Positions 1 through 9,663 of a DNA stretch of 57,450 nt are shown piece by piece. Position 1 is the first letter of the stretch. Every line of letters begins with the position of its first letter. The DNA is taken from positions 1 through 57,450 of IMG/VR virus record IMGVR_UViG_3300035182_002025, one strand, 5' to 3'. The translations under genes and the position numbers were made by a program. Under the pieces are notes generated by a model, which was given only the letters and a program-made list of their open reading frames with translations, did not search any database and was not told the origin of the DNA. Source of the DNA: a virus. Lineage: Duplodnaviria; Caudoviricetes.

Positions 1-65
1 ACCCTAATACAAACCCCAATACAAACCCCCCCCCCCCCCCCACCACATTCTCGGAGGAGAACCCC

Positions 66-1068
66 ATGCTGTACAAAAATTTAGCCATTTGTCGGTTTAC
101 GTCCGACAAAGTACCTGATCTACACACCCTGAACACCGCGCTGTCAAAGTTACCGTTCACACCGTGCGGCGCGCATGACGCAGCGAGGGTAGGCTTCGTA
201 CCGCCGATAACCGGCGTTGACCCAGACCAAGAGCCTTTTGTGCGGCGTATTTCCGGCGGCATCATGGCGTTCACCCTGCAGAAAGAAGAAAAGGTGCTAC
301 CGGCGCAAACGGTCAACCGCCTGCTGGAGGAAAAGGTGAAAGCGCTCGAGACAGACCAAGAGCGCAAGCTGCCATCGAAAGAAAAGAAACGCGTGAAAGA
401 CGAGGTAGTGTTCGAGCTGCTGCCCCGGGCGTTGACCAAGCAAAGCAAGATTCACGGGGTACGTTGATGCCCCTCGCAAGCTGATAGTGATCGATGCGGC
501 CTCGTCCAAAAAGGCTGAGGACGTCCTGTCGCTATTACGCAAAGCGCTCGGCAGTCTCCCTGTCATGCCGCTACTCACCAACAAGATCCCAGGTAGGGAG
601 TTCACCAACTTGTTGCGTGATGGCGGCGACAATACCCCAGCCAATTTTGTGGTGCTTAGCCAAGCGGAGTTAAGCGGGCCCGAAGGTGAGAAGATCAGCC
701 TTAAGGACCAGAACCTTTTCGACGATGACGTCCAAAGTCACCTTAACAGCGGTAAGACCGTCACGAAGATTAAGCTGTACTATGACGACATGGTGAGCTT
801 CCTGGTAACGGAAGACCTCTTGTTCAAGGGCCTACAGTATTCAGGCGTTGTGACGCGCGATATTGCTGAGTATGAGCCGGACTCCGAGTACACGCAGTTT
901 AACGCGGACGGCGTCGTACTAGCGGGTATTGTCGGCTCGCTGTACGACGACGTCATAGAGTTCCTGGGAGGTATGCAGCAATCTGCGCTAGATCAAACCC
1001 CGGATACTCAGCCTGAGCCTGCTAATGTGCCCGACCGCACAGAAGATGACCCCGACGATTTGGTATAA
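66..1068 (+). pseudogene. rdgC: Recombination-associated protein RdgC, split into ORFs 66-467 and 487-1068 by one extra base (real frameshift or sequencing error)
   Basis: RdgC motifs FTPCG..D..RVGFVPP, EEKVLPA..V, ELLPRA and IDAASSKKAEDVLSLLRKALGSLPV. Removing one G from GGGG at 456-459 joins the halves (IHGYVDAPRKLIVIDAASS). Confidence 0.88.
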
Positions 1069-1146
1069 GTTAAGATAATGTTCGCGGCCTTTACAGATAA
1101 TTCGAAGAAGGCCGCAGACAAAACCCTTATGCCATAGGAGATTTCG

Positions 1147-1605
1147 ATGGAGAGTTACATAAAAGAATACGCCGAGATACACTTGTTGGGGGTGAAAAGA
1201 GACTTGATACTTTACCCAGACCGGTACGAGTTCAGGAAGGACAGGCCCCCGCACCTACTGCAGAAGGCGGCGCTCTGGGTGCTTAAAACCCTAAGGTGCT
1301 ACAGCCAAGGCGAAGGTCAAAGCCTAGTGGCAATAAAGATTCACACCCCCACGTTCTTCGATAAGTTCAAAGTGCATTACAACCAGATGATGGGGGATTG
1401 CCGCGGCGAACCCAAATCGATACTTATAGGGGTCAAGCAGTTCGATGAGATCCGGGAGGAGAACTCGCAGTTCTGTGGCATGTTCAGTTTTAGCATGACC
1501 GATGACACTAAGTTTCGTCGCGGCAGGTACGGACCTGTTGACGTGTATGTCTTACCCTGGATGGACGGGGTGCTGGTGCTCCCACATTTGCTCAGGAACC
1601 CGTAG
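1147..1605 (+). CDS. Hypothetical protein
   Basis: 152-aa ORF with AGGAG RBS; no motif recognised. Confidence 0.65.
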   Translation: MESYIKEYAEIHLLGVKRDLILYPDRYEFRKDRPPHLLQKAALWVLKTLRCYSQGEGQSLVAIKIHTPTFFDKFKVHYNQMMGDCRGEPKSILIGVKQFDEIREENSQFCGMFSFSMTDDTKFRRGRYGPVDVYVLPWMDGVLVLPHLLRNP

Positions 1606-1666
1606 CGGTTGACGTCCCCCACTCCTGTGATGTATTTATACGGCATACATTACAGGAGGAAACCTC

Positions 1667-1981
1667 ATGTCGGACGCCGTAACCACCATCCAAGCAGCAG
1701 CAAACACGCTGTCAGCCACATCATCATTGCTTGACGCTCTGGTAGATTTACTTCCTAAGATCGGCTGGACTACTGCTCTGGCCATGGCTTTTATCCCCCA
1801 GCCTTCCCCCGATTCGCCTGCGCCACTACGGTACTTGTTCAAAGTCGCAACCTGGATAGCGGGTAACTTTGGACACGCCAAAAACAATACTGCGGTAGCG
1901 GCCGAGAAGGCTGAAGCGCGATCAGACGCCGTGGCGGTCGTAGTAGCGGACGCCGTAGCCTCGCAAGAGAAAGCGTCATGA
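1667..1981 (+). CDS. Small membrane protein, possible holin
   Basis: AGGAGG RBS; hydrophobic segments; directly upstream of the spanin-like pair. Confidence 0.45.
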   Translation: MSDAVTTIQAAANTLSATSSLLDALVDLLPKIGWTTALAMAFIPQPSPDSPAPLRYLFKVATWIAGNFGHAKNNTAVAAEKAEARSDAVAVVVADAVASQEKAS

Positions 1982-2253
1982 TCACCCTTTACGCTATCCT
2001 CGGCGTCACGGTGCTGATCACGTTCCTGGTGGCGTACGCCAGGATCCAGTATACGCAACGCCAATACGCTGAAGAGAAGGCCAAGCGTGCTGAGGCGAAG
2101 GCCGCCTTGGCCGAGGCTGAGGTGGCGCAAACGAGCGCGACCGGTGCCGCAGTGCGCGAGGTGCAAGAAACGCGGAAGGCGAAGCAGATTACAGAGCAGG
2201 CGCAGATAGACGCTCACGCGCCGAGGAGCCACTTTGAAGACTCAGATTTTTAA
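1978..2253 (+). CDS. Putative inner-membrane spanin (Rz-like)
   Basis: N-terminal TM helix (ITLYAILGVTVLITFLVAYA) then Ala/Glu/Lys coiled coil; 3' end overlaps a lipoprotein gene. Confidence 0.65.
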   Translation: MITLYAILGVTVLITFLVAYARIQYTQRQYAEEKAKRAEAKAALAEAEVAQTSATGAAVREVQETRKAKQITEQAQIDAHAPRSHFEDSDF

Positions 2254-2539
2254 ACGGGAAATTGTCCTGGCGGTAACACTCACAGCGCTGATGCTGCTGT
2301 TCGCCGGATGCGCACCGACCATCGAAACGCAATACGTCACGCGCCCGCTAGACCGCCCCGTGCGGCCTGCGCTGCCGAAGGTACCGGCGCAAGAGTTAGA
2401 CTGTTTGACCGAACCCACTTACCAGAAACTTTACGACAGGCAGCGCCTGATCACAGACTACGCCGTAACCCTTGAAACCATCATCGACTCAACGAAGCCG
2501 GTCGCTAAGACCGATGAACCACATTTGGGTAAACCCTAA
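2234..2539 (+). CDS. Putative outer-membrane spanin lipoprotein (Rz1-like)
   Basis: Lipobox LLFAGC after a hydrophobic stretch; Pro-rich mature part with a second Cys. Confidence 0.7.
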   Translation: MKTQIFKREIVLAVTLTALMLLFAGCAPTIETQYVTRPLDRPVRPALPKVPAQELDCLTEPTYQKLYDRQRLITDYAVTLETIIDSTKPVAKTDEPHLGKP

Positions 2540-2570
2540 CCGTAAACGAACACTTGCCAGGAGGAAAGCA

Positions 2571-2717
2571 ATGCGCAGTATGGAGAAACTTTTAATCGCT
2601 TCAGCCCTATCTGTCGGGGTACTGGGCACTTACCTAGCGAAATACGTGGCGGGCAACATCGTGTCCGATATGCAGGACCAGTACGAGCGCCTGGGAGAAC
2701 CCACATGGCGAAAATAA
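2571..2717 (+). CDS. Small membrane protein (48 aa)
   Basis: AGGAGG RBS before ATG 2571; one hydrophobic helix. Confidence 0.55.
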   Translation: MRSMEKLLIASALSVGVLGTYLAKYVAGNIVSDMQDQYERLGEPTWRK

Positions 2718-3358
2718 AAGGCTCGGTAGTCGGCACCGAATACGACAAGGCAGCGTTAAGACAACAGCCGGTACTGTTCCCGCCACCCAGGTTGGCCAAG
2801 CACGCTAACGACTCGTGCACGTTAGGTCGCCGCGGCAACTTTATCGGGCACGGCCTGGGGGCCGGCGCCGGCTCTTTGCCGAGGTACACCACGCCCGAAC
2901 TGTTGGAGGACGCCATTGAAGGGTACTTCGAATACATTGAGCAGAACAATCGGCCGCCGACGATGGCCGGCTTGGCCCTGGCGATAGGCTTCAAGAGCGT
3001 CAACACCTTGCTGAATTACCAGACCCGCGGCGAAGAATACTCCGACGTGATCGAGGTGGCCAAGACCCGTATCGAGGATTGGAAAAACACACTGCTGATC
3101 ACCTCTGAAAAACAAGTGCACGGGATTATATTCGACCTGAAAAACCGGCACGGCTGGGCTGACAGGGTCGAGACTAAGACCACCCACGAAGCGGGAGGAT
3201 CACTGGCCGATCTTCTGCTGGCGCTGCAGGGCAACGTCTTGCGACCGGCACCGATATTGGAGGACCACTCCGACCAGATAGTGGACGCGCAGTTCACCGA
3301 GGTAAGAGGCACAGCGACCATGCCACCGCAAGAGGATGATCTATCGGACCTCGTATGA
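2705..3358 (+). CDS. terS: Terminase small subunit (P22 gp3-like packaging family)
   Basis: YTTPELLEDAIEGYF...PPTMAGLALAIGF...IFDLKNRHGWADR pattern; lies upstream of terL. Confidence 0.82.
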   Translation: MAKIKGSVVGTEYDKAALRQQPVLFPPPRLAKHANDSCTLGRRGNFIGHGLGAGAGSLPRYTTPELLEDAIEGYFEYIEQNNRPPTMAGLALAIGFKSVNTLLNYQTRGEEYSDVIEVAKTRIEDWKNTLLITSEKQVHGIIFDLKNRHGWADRVETKTTHEAGGSLADLLLALQGNVLRPAPILEDHSDQIVDAQFTEVRGTATMPPQEDDLSDLV

Positions 3359-3702
3359 GCGTAGCGAAGTTTCAGGCTATCACCGGAGACATGATCGGTG
3401 TTTTCAGGGTATTCGATAAAAGCGCGGATACAAAAAACAACAACGCCCTTTACAAATTTTTTACGCTGGGTACGGTAACAGGTACCGCTATTGAAATTAT
3501 CGGCATGCATGAGTCCAAGGTAGCCTACAAAGATGCCGTGGCTATTGCCGATGAAATAATAACCCACCCAGAGCTAAGCCGGTTCGACATCCGGGTAGCC
3601 TTTTGGGTCCACGATGGTAAGCGCCACGAATTTGACGTGGCACGTAGGAGAGAAAGACATGCCGACCGCACTCGAAGTATTAATCGATCTGGCAAAAGAT
3701 AG
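3355..3702 (+). CDS. Hypothetical protein
   Basis: ATGA overlap with the terS stop; GAGGA RBS. Confidence 0.6.
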   Translation: MSVAKFQAITGDMIGVFRVFDKSADTKNNNALYKFFTLGTVTGTAIEIIGMHESKVAYKDAVAIADEIITHPELSRFDIRVAFWVHDGKRHEFDVARRRERHADRTRSINRSGKR

Positions 3703-4099
3703 TGAAGGCTGCAAGCTGACGGCGTACAAATGCCCAGCCGGCGTGTGGACCATAGGCTGGGGCTCCACGGGTATGGGCATCATCCGTGGCACAGTGTGGT
3801 CGCAGGAGCAAGCGGACAATAGCCTGACAAGCGACTGCCGAAAAGCCTTGGAAGAGGCGCTATTGGCCAGCCCCATACTCCGAGATCAGTCCGTTTACAA
3901 GCAAGCAGCCATAGCGGACGCCATTTACAACCTGGGCAGTGGCAACTACGACAAATCTACGCTCAAAAAACGCGTCGACGCGGCAGAATGGGGCAAAGCC
4001 AAGACCGAGCTGAGGCGCTGGGTGAACGGCGGCGGCAAGGTGTTGAAGGGGCTAGTCATTCGCCGAGAAAAAGAGTGTGAATTGCTGGATAAAATTTAA
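3659..4099 (+). CDS. Endolysin, GH24 phage lysozyme
   Basis: EG.KLTAYKCPAGVWTIGWGST catalytic motif, YNLG, GLVIRREKE; start placed at ATG 3659 after AGGAG. Confidence 0.93.
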   Translation: MPTALEVLIDLAKDSEGCKLTAYKCPAGVWTIGWGSTGMGIIRGTVWSQEQADNSLTSDCRKALEEALLASPILRDQSVYKQAAIADAIYNLGSGNYDKSTLKKRVDAAEWGKAKTELRRWVNGGGKVLKGLVIRREKECELLDKI

Positions 4100-5715
4100 T
4101 GTCAGTCACCAAAGTCGATTTTAAACAGCTCAAGGAAGACCTAAAACGGTTCGAATTTACCGAGGACAACCTGCGGGAAGGCCTCGGCGACCCGATGTGG
4201 CGGTTGAACAACCTCTACAAGATCGTCGACAAGAAGAAAAACGTCGTCACGTTCAGGATGAACACGGCCCAGAAAAAGTTGATAGCCAATTTGCATACCC
4301 GCAACGTGGTGCTAAAAGCTCGGAAAATGGGGTTTTCCACGCTCATCCAGCTATTCATGTTGGACACGGCGTTGTTTTCCCCCAATGAGCGTTGCGTGGT
4401 CATCGCCCAAGACATCAACACCGCGGAAGCGATCTTCCGCGACGTCATAAAGTTCGCATACGACAGCCTTCCGGACGTTTTCAAGACCGCTGCGCCGACC
4501 GAAAACGACCCGTCCAAGTCTAAAATCATCTTTTCGAACAAATCCATCATCGAAGTTAGAACCTCTGCTCGTGGGAATACGCCTACAGTACTACACGTCA
4601 GTGAGTTTGGCAAGATAGCGGCCAAAGATCCCGGCAAAGCCCGCGAAATTATCTCCGGTGCGATCACCGCGGTGCCCGAAGACGGCCTCGTGTTTGTCGA
4701 ATCGACAGCCGAAGCCGGTGAAGAGGGCGCGTTCTTCGATATGGTGGCGACCGCCCGCCGATTGCAGGACTCAGGCAAGCGCCTTTGGAAGCTGGAATTC
4801 AAATTTCACTTTTTCGGGTGGTGGGAAGACCCCGTCTATCAGGCCCCGGCCGGATCGACGCCTATCTCGCCGCGCGAGCATGAATATTTCGACGGTATTG
4901 AGGCCATTATAGGGCGGCAGCTCACTTTAGAGCAGCGAAGCTGGTACATTTTGACCCGGGACAACACGTATTCCGGCGATCAGGACATTATGTACCAGGA
5001 ATTTCCTGGAACGCCCGAAGAAGCCTTCAAAATATCGATGGAGGGGGCCTATTTTACGGAGCAATTCCGGTCTTTGCGCAAACAGGACCGTATTACGACC
5101 GTACCCTACGACCCGGCGTACCCCGTCAGCTCGTTTTGGGATATCGGCGGCCGAGATAGCACCGCTATTTGGCTGATCCAGGCCAAACCCTCTGGGTATT
5201 CGGTTATAAATTTCGAAGAAGCCACCGGCGAGCCGTTTAATTACTTCGTGACCTGGATGCAGGGGCTCGGATACTTCTGGGGCGCGCACTATATCCCTCA
5301 CGATTCGACCCAAGTACGCCAACAGGGCTTGCGCGTGACGACAGCGGAGGAGATGTTGATGGAGCTGGCGCCAGGATGGCAGTTTTACGTGGTGCCAAAA
5401 ACCCCAGACAAAACCATCCCCATCCAGCAAGCCAGGAACATATTGGCATTGTGCGCGTTCGACGATCAAACTTGCAAAAAAGGGCTTCGACACCTGGAGG
5501 CTTACCGGAAGGAGTTCGACCCTCGAGCTGGCGTATACCGGTCGACGCCTAAACACGGCCCAGAGTCAAACGCCGCCGACGCTTTCCTCCAATTTTGTCA
5601 ATCTGTCAGCAGTGGCGCCTTCGGGTCCGTTACACACATGTTGGGAGGCGGCGGAGCCGGGGATTTTGGCAATAGCATCGGCGGATGGTACCAACCCGCT
5701 AACCTGGATTACTAG
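4099..5715 (+). CDS. terL: Terminase large subunit
   Basis: Walker A KARKMGFST, Walker B VLHVSE, coupling motif FVEST, nuclease FWDIG...NAADA. Confidence 0.95.
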   Translation: MSVTKVDFKQLKEDLKRFEFTEDNLREGLGDPMWRLNNLYKIVDKKKNVVTFRMNTAQKKLIANLHTRNVVLKARKMGFSTLIQLFMLDTALFSPNERCVVIAQDINTAEAIFRDVIKFAYDSLPDVFKTAAPTENDPSKSKIIFSNKSIIEVRTSARGNTPTVLHVSEFGKIAAKDPGKAREIISGAITAVPEDGLVFVESTAEAGEEGAFFDMVATARRLQDSGKRLWKLEFKFHFFGWWEDPVYQAPAGSTPISPREHEYFDGIEAIIGRQLTLEQRSWYILTRDNTYSGDQDIMYQEFPGTPEEAFKISMEGAYFTEQFRSLRKQDRITTVPYDPAYPVSSFWDIGGRDSTAIWLIQAKPSGYSVINFEEATGEPFNYFVTWMQGLGYFWGAHYIPHDSTQVRQQGLRVTTAEEMLMELAPGWQFYVVPKTPDKTIPIQQARNILALCAFDDQTCKKGLRHLEAYRKEFDPRAGVYRSTPKHGPESNAADAFLQFCQSVSSGAFGSVTHMLGGGGAGDFGNSIGGWYQPANLDY

Positions 5716-5732
5716 CAAAACCCTTATAGGCG

Positions 5733-5760
5733 TTGACAAAAACGCGACACCTGCTATCCT
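5733..5760 (+). promoter_or_regulatory. Sigma70-like promoter for the tandem Zn-finger nuclease genes
   Basis: TTGACA (5733-5738), 16-nt spacer, TGc-TATCCT extended -10; GGAGG RBS downstream. Confidence 0.6.
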
Positions 5761-5790
5761 AATTCAAAAATATGAAGGAGGATAGCAGCT

Positions 5791-7311
5791 ATGAAGAAGA
5801 CCAGAGCCGAACTTTGTGCGCAAATGCGTGAAGAGGGCAGGCAGCATTTCCTGGCCAAGGTGAGAGAGGTCCACGGAGACAACTTAGATACGGCTGAAGT
5901 AGTGTATTTAAATTCCCAGACTAAAGTAACGCTTCGGTGCAAGGCCCACGATGTTACCTTTTCGCAAAAACCCAATAATACCTTGGTCGGCAAAACCGGA
6001 TGCAAGCTGTGTGAATCGGAGAAGCGAAAAAATTCAAGCCCCTTCCGGTACACGACCGCCGAATATTTAGAAAAATGCCGCGCTGTCCATGGGGATAGGT
6101 ACGATTATTCAAAGACCGAATACTCCTCGGCACATACACCGGTCACTATAACGTGCGCTATACATGGCGATTTCTACCAGATAGCTAGGCTGCACCACAA
6201 AGGTTGCGGATGCCCCACTTGCGGGGACATGAGCTCAAAGTCCAAGCAGCGGGATAGCCAAGATGAGTTTGCGGCCGCCGGCAAAGCGGTTCACGGTGAG
6301 CGGTACGATTACTCCCAGGGGGATTACAAAGGCAACCTGATGCCATACAAAATAATCTGCGAAACTCACGGAGAGTTTTGGCAGACGCCCAAGGACCATA
6401 AGCAGGGTAGAGGGTGCCAAAAGTGCGGTTACGCAGGGCCATCTAAGCCAGAATTAGAGATAGCGGAGTTTGTCAGGACCCTGGGCTTCGAGGTGAGTAA
6501 CGGGGACCGCCAACTTATAGCGCCCATGGAGTTAGATATCGTGGTAGAAGCCGCCAACCTAGCCGTCGAGTACCACGGGCTGTATTACCACTCTGAAAAA
6601 TTTATAGACAGAAACTACCACCTTGATAAGTTAAAACTTTGCGAAGCGAAAGGTATAGACCTGATACAGGTATTCGAGGACGAGTGGGACGACCCTAGTA
6701 AACGTGAGATAGTTAAGTCCATAATCGCCTCCCGGCTGGGAAGCGCCCCACGTAAAATTTTTGCGCGCAAAACAAAAACCGTCAAAGTAACCGCCAAAGA
6801 AGCGCGGGACTTTCTAAATGCCAACCACATTCAAGGTTTCGCGGCTTCTGCGGCATATTATGGGTTAAGACTGCCGGACGGAGAGCTCGTCAGCTTAATG
6901 CTGTTAACCCCGCCTAGAAAAGGCATAACGGTCAGCAAAGTAGAATACGATCTGGAATTGGTACGATTTGCGTCCCTGAAAAACACCTCCGTCGTAGGAG
7001 GATTCTCCAAGCTATTGAAGGAAGCCGGCGGAAAAAAGGTAGTGACGTATTGCGATAGGCGGCTGTTCAACGCCAAAGGGTACGAAGCGGTCGGGTTTAA
7101 AAAAGTAAGGTTCAACCCACCGGAATACTACTACACCAAGTCCAGAAGCGGTAGGCTATCCAGGCTAGGCTACCAGAAAAAATATTTAGCCGATAAATTG
7201 GAAGCATTCGATCCTGAAAAAACGGAGCATCAAAATATGCTTGATAACGGGTATTACCGAGTATATGGGTGCGGTACTGTGACTTTAACCCTTAATAGCC
7301 AGCCAAAATAG
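5791..7311 (+). CDS. Hef-like endonuclease: 3 DUF723-like Zn-finger repeats + PD-(D/E)xK/Vsr-like nuclease + Mom-like GNAT domain
   Basis: Repeats HG..YDYS...C..HG.F.Q.......GC..C; ELDI..AVEYHGLYYHS..IQVFEDEW; C-terminal FLNANHIQG..ELVRFAS..GGFSKLL..TYCDRR..YEAVGF. Confidence 0.78.
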   Translation: MKKTRAELCAQMREEGRQHFLAKVREVHGDNLDTAEVVYLNSQTKVTLRCKAHDVTFSQKPNNTLVGKTGCKLCESEKRKNSSPFRYTTAEYLEKCRAVHGDRYDYSKTEYSSAHTPVTITCAIHGDFYQIARLHHKGCGCPTCGDMSSKSKQRDSQDEFAAAGKAVHGERYDYSQGDYKGNLMPYKIICETHGEFWQTPKDHKQGRGCQKCGYAGPSKPELEIAEFVRTLGFEVSNGDRQLIAPMELDIVVEAANLAVEYHGLYYHSEKFIDRNYHLDKLKLCEAKGIDLIQVFEDEWDDPSKREIVKSIIASRLGSAPRKIFARKTKTVKVTAKEARDFLNANHIQGFAASAAYYGLRLPDGELVSLMLLTPPRKGITVSKVEYDLELVRFASLKNTSVVGGFSKLLKEAGGKKVVTYCDRRLFNAKGYEAVGFKKVRFNPPEYYYTKSRSGRLSRLGYQKKYLADKLEAFDPEKTEHQNMLDNGYYRVYGCGTVTLTLNSQPK

Positions 7312-7316
7312 CCTAT

Positions 7317-8792
7317 ATGTCAAAAAAGCTTACTACTGAAGAGTTTATACTTCGCGCTAGAGCCATTCACGGCGATAGGTACGATTTCTCTAAAACGAAA
7401 TACGGCAGTGCGCATGAACAGGTAACCGTTACCTGCAAGGTTCACGGGGATATTCAAACTAGGCCTGCCAATTTTTTATCCGGGAAAGGGTGCAGACATT
7501 GCGGCCGCGTCATTGCGGCTGAATCACAGGCCAATACTACCGCCGGTTTTATTGAAGTGGCAAAATCAAAACATGGGGATAGGTACGACTACAGTAGGAC
7601 CGACTATAAAGGGGCCACACGAAAAGTCGTTATAGGGTGCGTTGCCCATGGGTACTTTTTACAGACCCCGCAGAACCATTTGCAAAACAATGGGTGTAAA
7701 CAGTGTGGGTTAGAGGCTCGGGCTTTGACTAGGATGATGACAAATGAAGAGTTTATCCGGAGGGCTAAAATTATCCACGGGGATAGGTATTCGTATTCTC
7801 GAGTTGAATACCAAGGCGTTTTTAAAAAAGTAGAGATTCTGTGCCAGGACCACGGATATTTTTCGCAAACGCCAGATAGACATCTGGCTGGGTGCGGTTG
7901 TTCTGGGTGTGCGGCTGTAGGACCATCTTTGCCAGAACTTGAACTTCTGGATTTTGTAAGAACACTGGATCCGGATGTGGAAGGCTCTAACCGCTCAGTT
8001 ATAGGAAATCTTGAGCTGGATATTTTCTCAGCCAAGCATCGAATTGCAGTAGAATTTCACGGACTATATTACCACTCTGACAAATTCAGACCGGCTAACT
8101 ACCACCTGGATAAGCTAAAATTGTGCCAAACCGAAGGCATAGACCTCATTCAGGTATTTGAAGACGAATGGGCAGATCCAATTAAGCGCAGGATAGTGGA
8201 GTCGATAATCCAGTCTCGTTTTTGGCGGTATTCCAACAGGATAGCTGCCAGAAAAACGGAAAAACGCAAGGTAAGCGCCAAAGAAGCCAGGGCTTTCCTC
8301 ACCGACAACCATATCCAGGGGTTTACCCCCGCAGACCACTACGACGGGCTATACTCCAAAGGGGAGCTGGTAAGCCTTATGCTAATGTCAAAGCCTAGAG
8401 CGGCCATAACCAAAGCCAAATCGAAGTATGATCTCGAGTTGGTAAGATTTGCTTCTAAGCTCAATACGCAAGTGCAAGGAGGATTTACCAAACTATTGAA
8501 GCCCTACCAGGATAGAAGCATAGTTACGTACTGTGATCGCCGAGTATTCAACGCAAAAGGGTACGAGAAGTGCGGCTTTGTTAAAATGCGTAATAATGCG
8601 CCAGAGTATTACTACACAAAAGGAGGCAAACGTTTTTCAAGGTATGGGTTTCAGCGTAGTAAGTTGGCAAGTAAACTTAAAGAGTTCGATCCGGCATTAA
8701 CCGAGCGAGAGAACATGCTATATAACGGGTATCACCGTATATACGGATGTGGAACGACTACCTTTGCCCTAAATGGACAAAATGCCTCTTAG
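7317..8792 (+). CDS. Hef-like endonuclease paralog 2 (3 Zn-finger repeats + nuclease + GNAT-like domain)
   Basis: Same architecture and motifs as 5791-7311. Confidence 0.78.
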   Translation: MSKKLTTEEFILRARAIHGDRYDFSKTKYGSAHEQVTVTCKVHGDIQTRPANFLSGKGCRHCGRVIAAESQANTTAGFIEVAKSKHGDRYDYSRTDYKGATRKVVIGCVAHGYFLQTPQNHLQNNGCKQCGLEARALTRMMTNEEFIRRAKIIHGDRYSYSRVEYQGVFKKVEILCQDHGYFSQTPDRHLAGCGCSGCAAVGPSLPELELLDFVRTLDPDVEGSNRSVIGNLELDIFSAKHRIAVEFHGLYYHSDKFRPANYHLDKLKLCQTEGIDLIQVFEDEWADPIKRRIVESIIQSRFWRYSNRIAARKTEKRKVSAKEARAFLTDNHIQGFTPADHYDGLYSKGELVSLMLMSKPRAAITKAKSKYDLELVRFASKLNTQVQGGFTKLLKPYQDRSIVTYCDRRVFNAKGYEKCGFVKMRNNAPEYYYTKGGKRFSRYGFQRSKLASKLKEFDPALTERENMLYNGYHRIYGCGTTTFALNGQNAS

Positions 8793-8828
8793 CGTGATAT
8801 ATGCTATGCCTTAACCGAGGTGTAGCAT

Positions 8829-9074
8829 ATGGCCGTTATTCCAAAACCCCCTAAAAATAAAGTTCAGAGTGTTACCGTCACTTACGACGCGCTACTACAG
8901 CGCGCCCGAGGCGGCCCTGAAGAAGCGTACCCAACTTACATTTTTGGAGCGGATAGAAAAACTTTTTGGAATACCTTCCAGGGAGGAGGGACATATGACA
9001 AGCCTGTGGTAGTTAACCCCGATGGAACGACTACCCATCTCCCTGATCCTGACCTTGTATCCCAGAATCCATGA
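8829..9074 (+). CDS. Hypothetical protein
   Basis: GAGG RBS; coupled to the next ORF by ATGA overlap. Confidence 0.6.
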   Translation: MAVIPKPPKNKVQSVTVTYDALLQRARGGPEEAYPTYIFGADRKTFWNTFQGGGTYDKPVVVNPDGTTTHLPDPDLVSQNP

Positions 9075-9364
9075 GAAAAACCATAACTTTTACCGCCCAC
9101 ATACATTTACCAGACGACTGCAAGTATTTCGACGACGGCACCGTAGTGCCAGCGCTTAGAGAGGCCTTCGGGGTCATGATGGCCAGAGGTCTGATGGATC
9201 AGTCGTATAACCCCGCGCCGCATCTACCTTTCGAGCCTACGTCAGACGGCAGCGTATCGAGGTACAACGACGGCAACTTTGACGTGTCTGAGTTGACAGG
9301 ATTCACAGGCACGGTCGACAACGCCATCCCTATTCGCATCGCCATAACCGCTATTGCAGGGTGA
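9071..9364 (+). CDS. Hypothetical protein
   Basis: 4-nt overlaps with both neighbours. Confidence 0.6.
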   Translation: MRKTITFTAHIHLPDDCKYFDDGTVVPALREAFGVMMARGLMDQSYNPAPHLPFEPTSDGSVSRYNDGNFDVSELTGFTGTVDNAIPIRIAITAIAG

Positions 9365-9642
9365 AGCCGTTGACCGTACTTTGGCAGATAAATCTGGAGC
9401 ACCAAGATACTTCGGAAGAAAACATACGGAATTTAGTAGCCAGGATATTCGAAGAATTCAAGAAAACCCACTATTGCCGCCCTAGGCGGATACTGCTGGC
9501 CGCCAACGGTCCAGGAGCGGTAGTCGGGGAAGCTTTGATAGCCAGGGGATTACCGGTTCGAATTGTCAGCCCGTCAGAGTGGCGACAGTTGGTGGACCCG
9601 CTTATTGACGGCCCATCGCAACACGGCGAAACCTGTTTGTAA
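9361..9642 (+). CDS. Hypothetical protein, weakly resembling part of a terminase nuclease domain
   Basis: GTGA overlap; ILLAANGPGAVVGEALIARGLPVRIV. Confidence 0.5.
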   Translation: MKPLTVLWQINLEHQDTSEENIRNLVARIFEEFKKTHYCRPRRILLAANGPGAVVGEALIARGLPVRIVSPSEWRQLVDPLIDGPSQHGETCL

Positions 9643-9663
9643 TTTAATTTTAGGAGGAGAACA

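Noticed and set aside
1-41. AATACAAACCCC duplication and 16-nt poly-C run as a terminal repeat or phase-variable tract
   Set aside because: At the contig edge where homopolymer artefacts are common; no matching sequence at the other end
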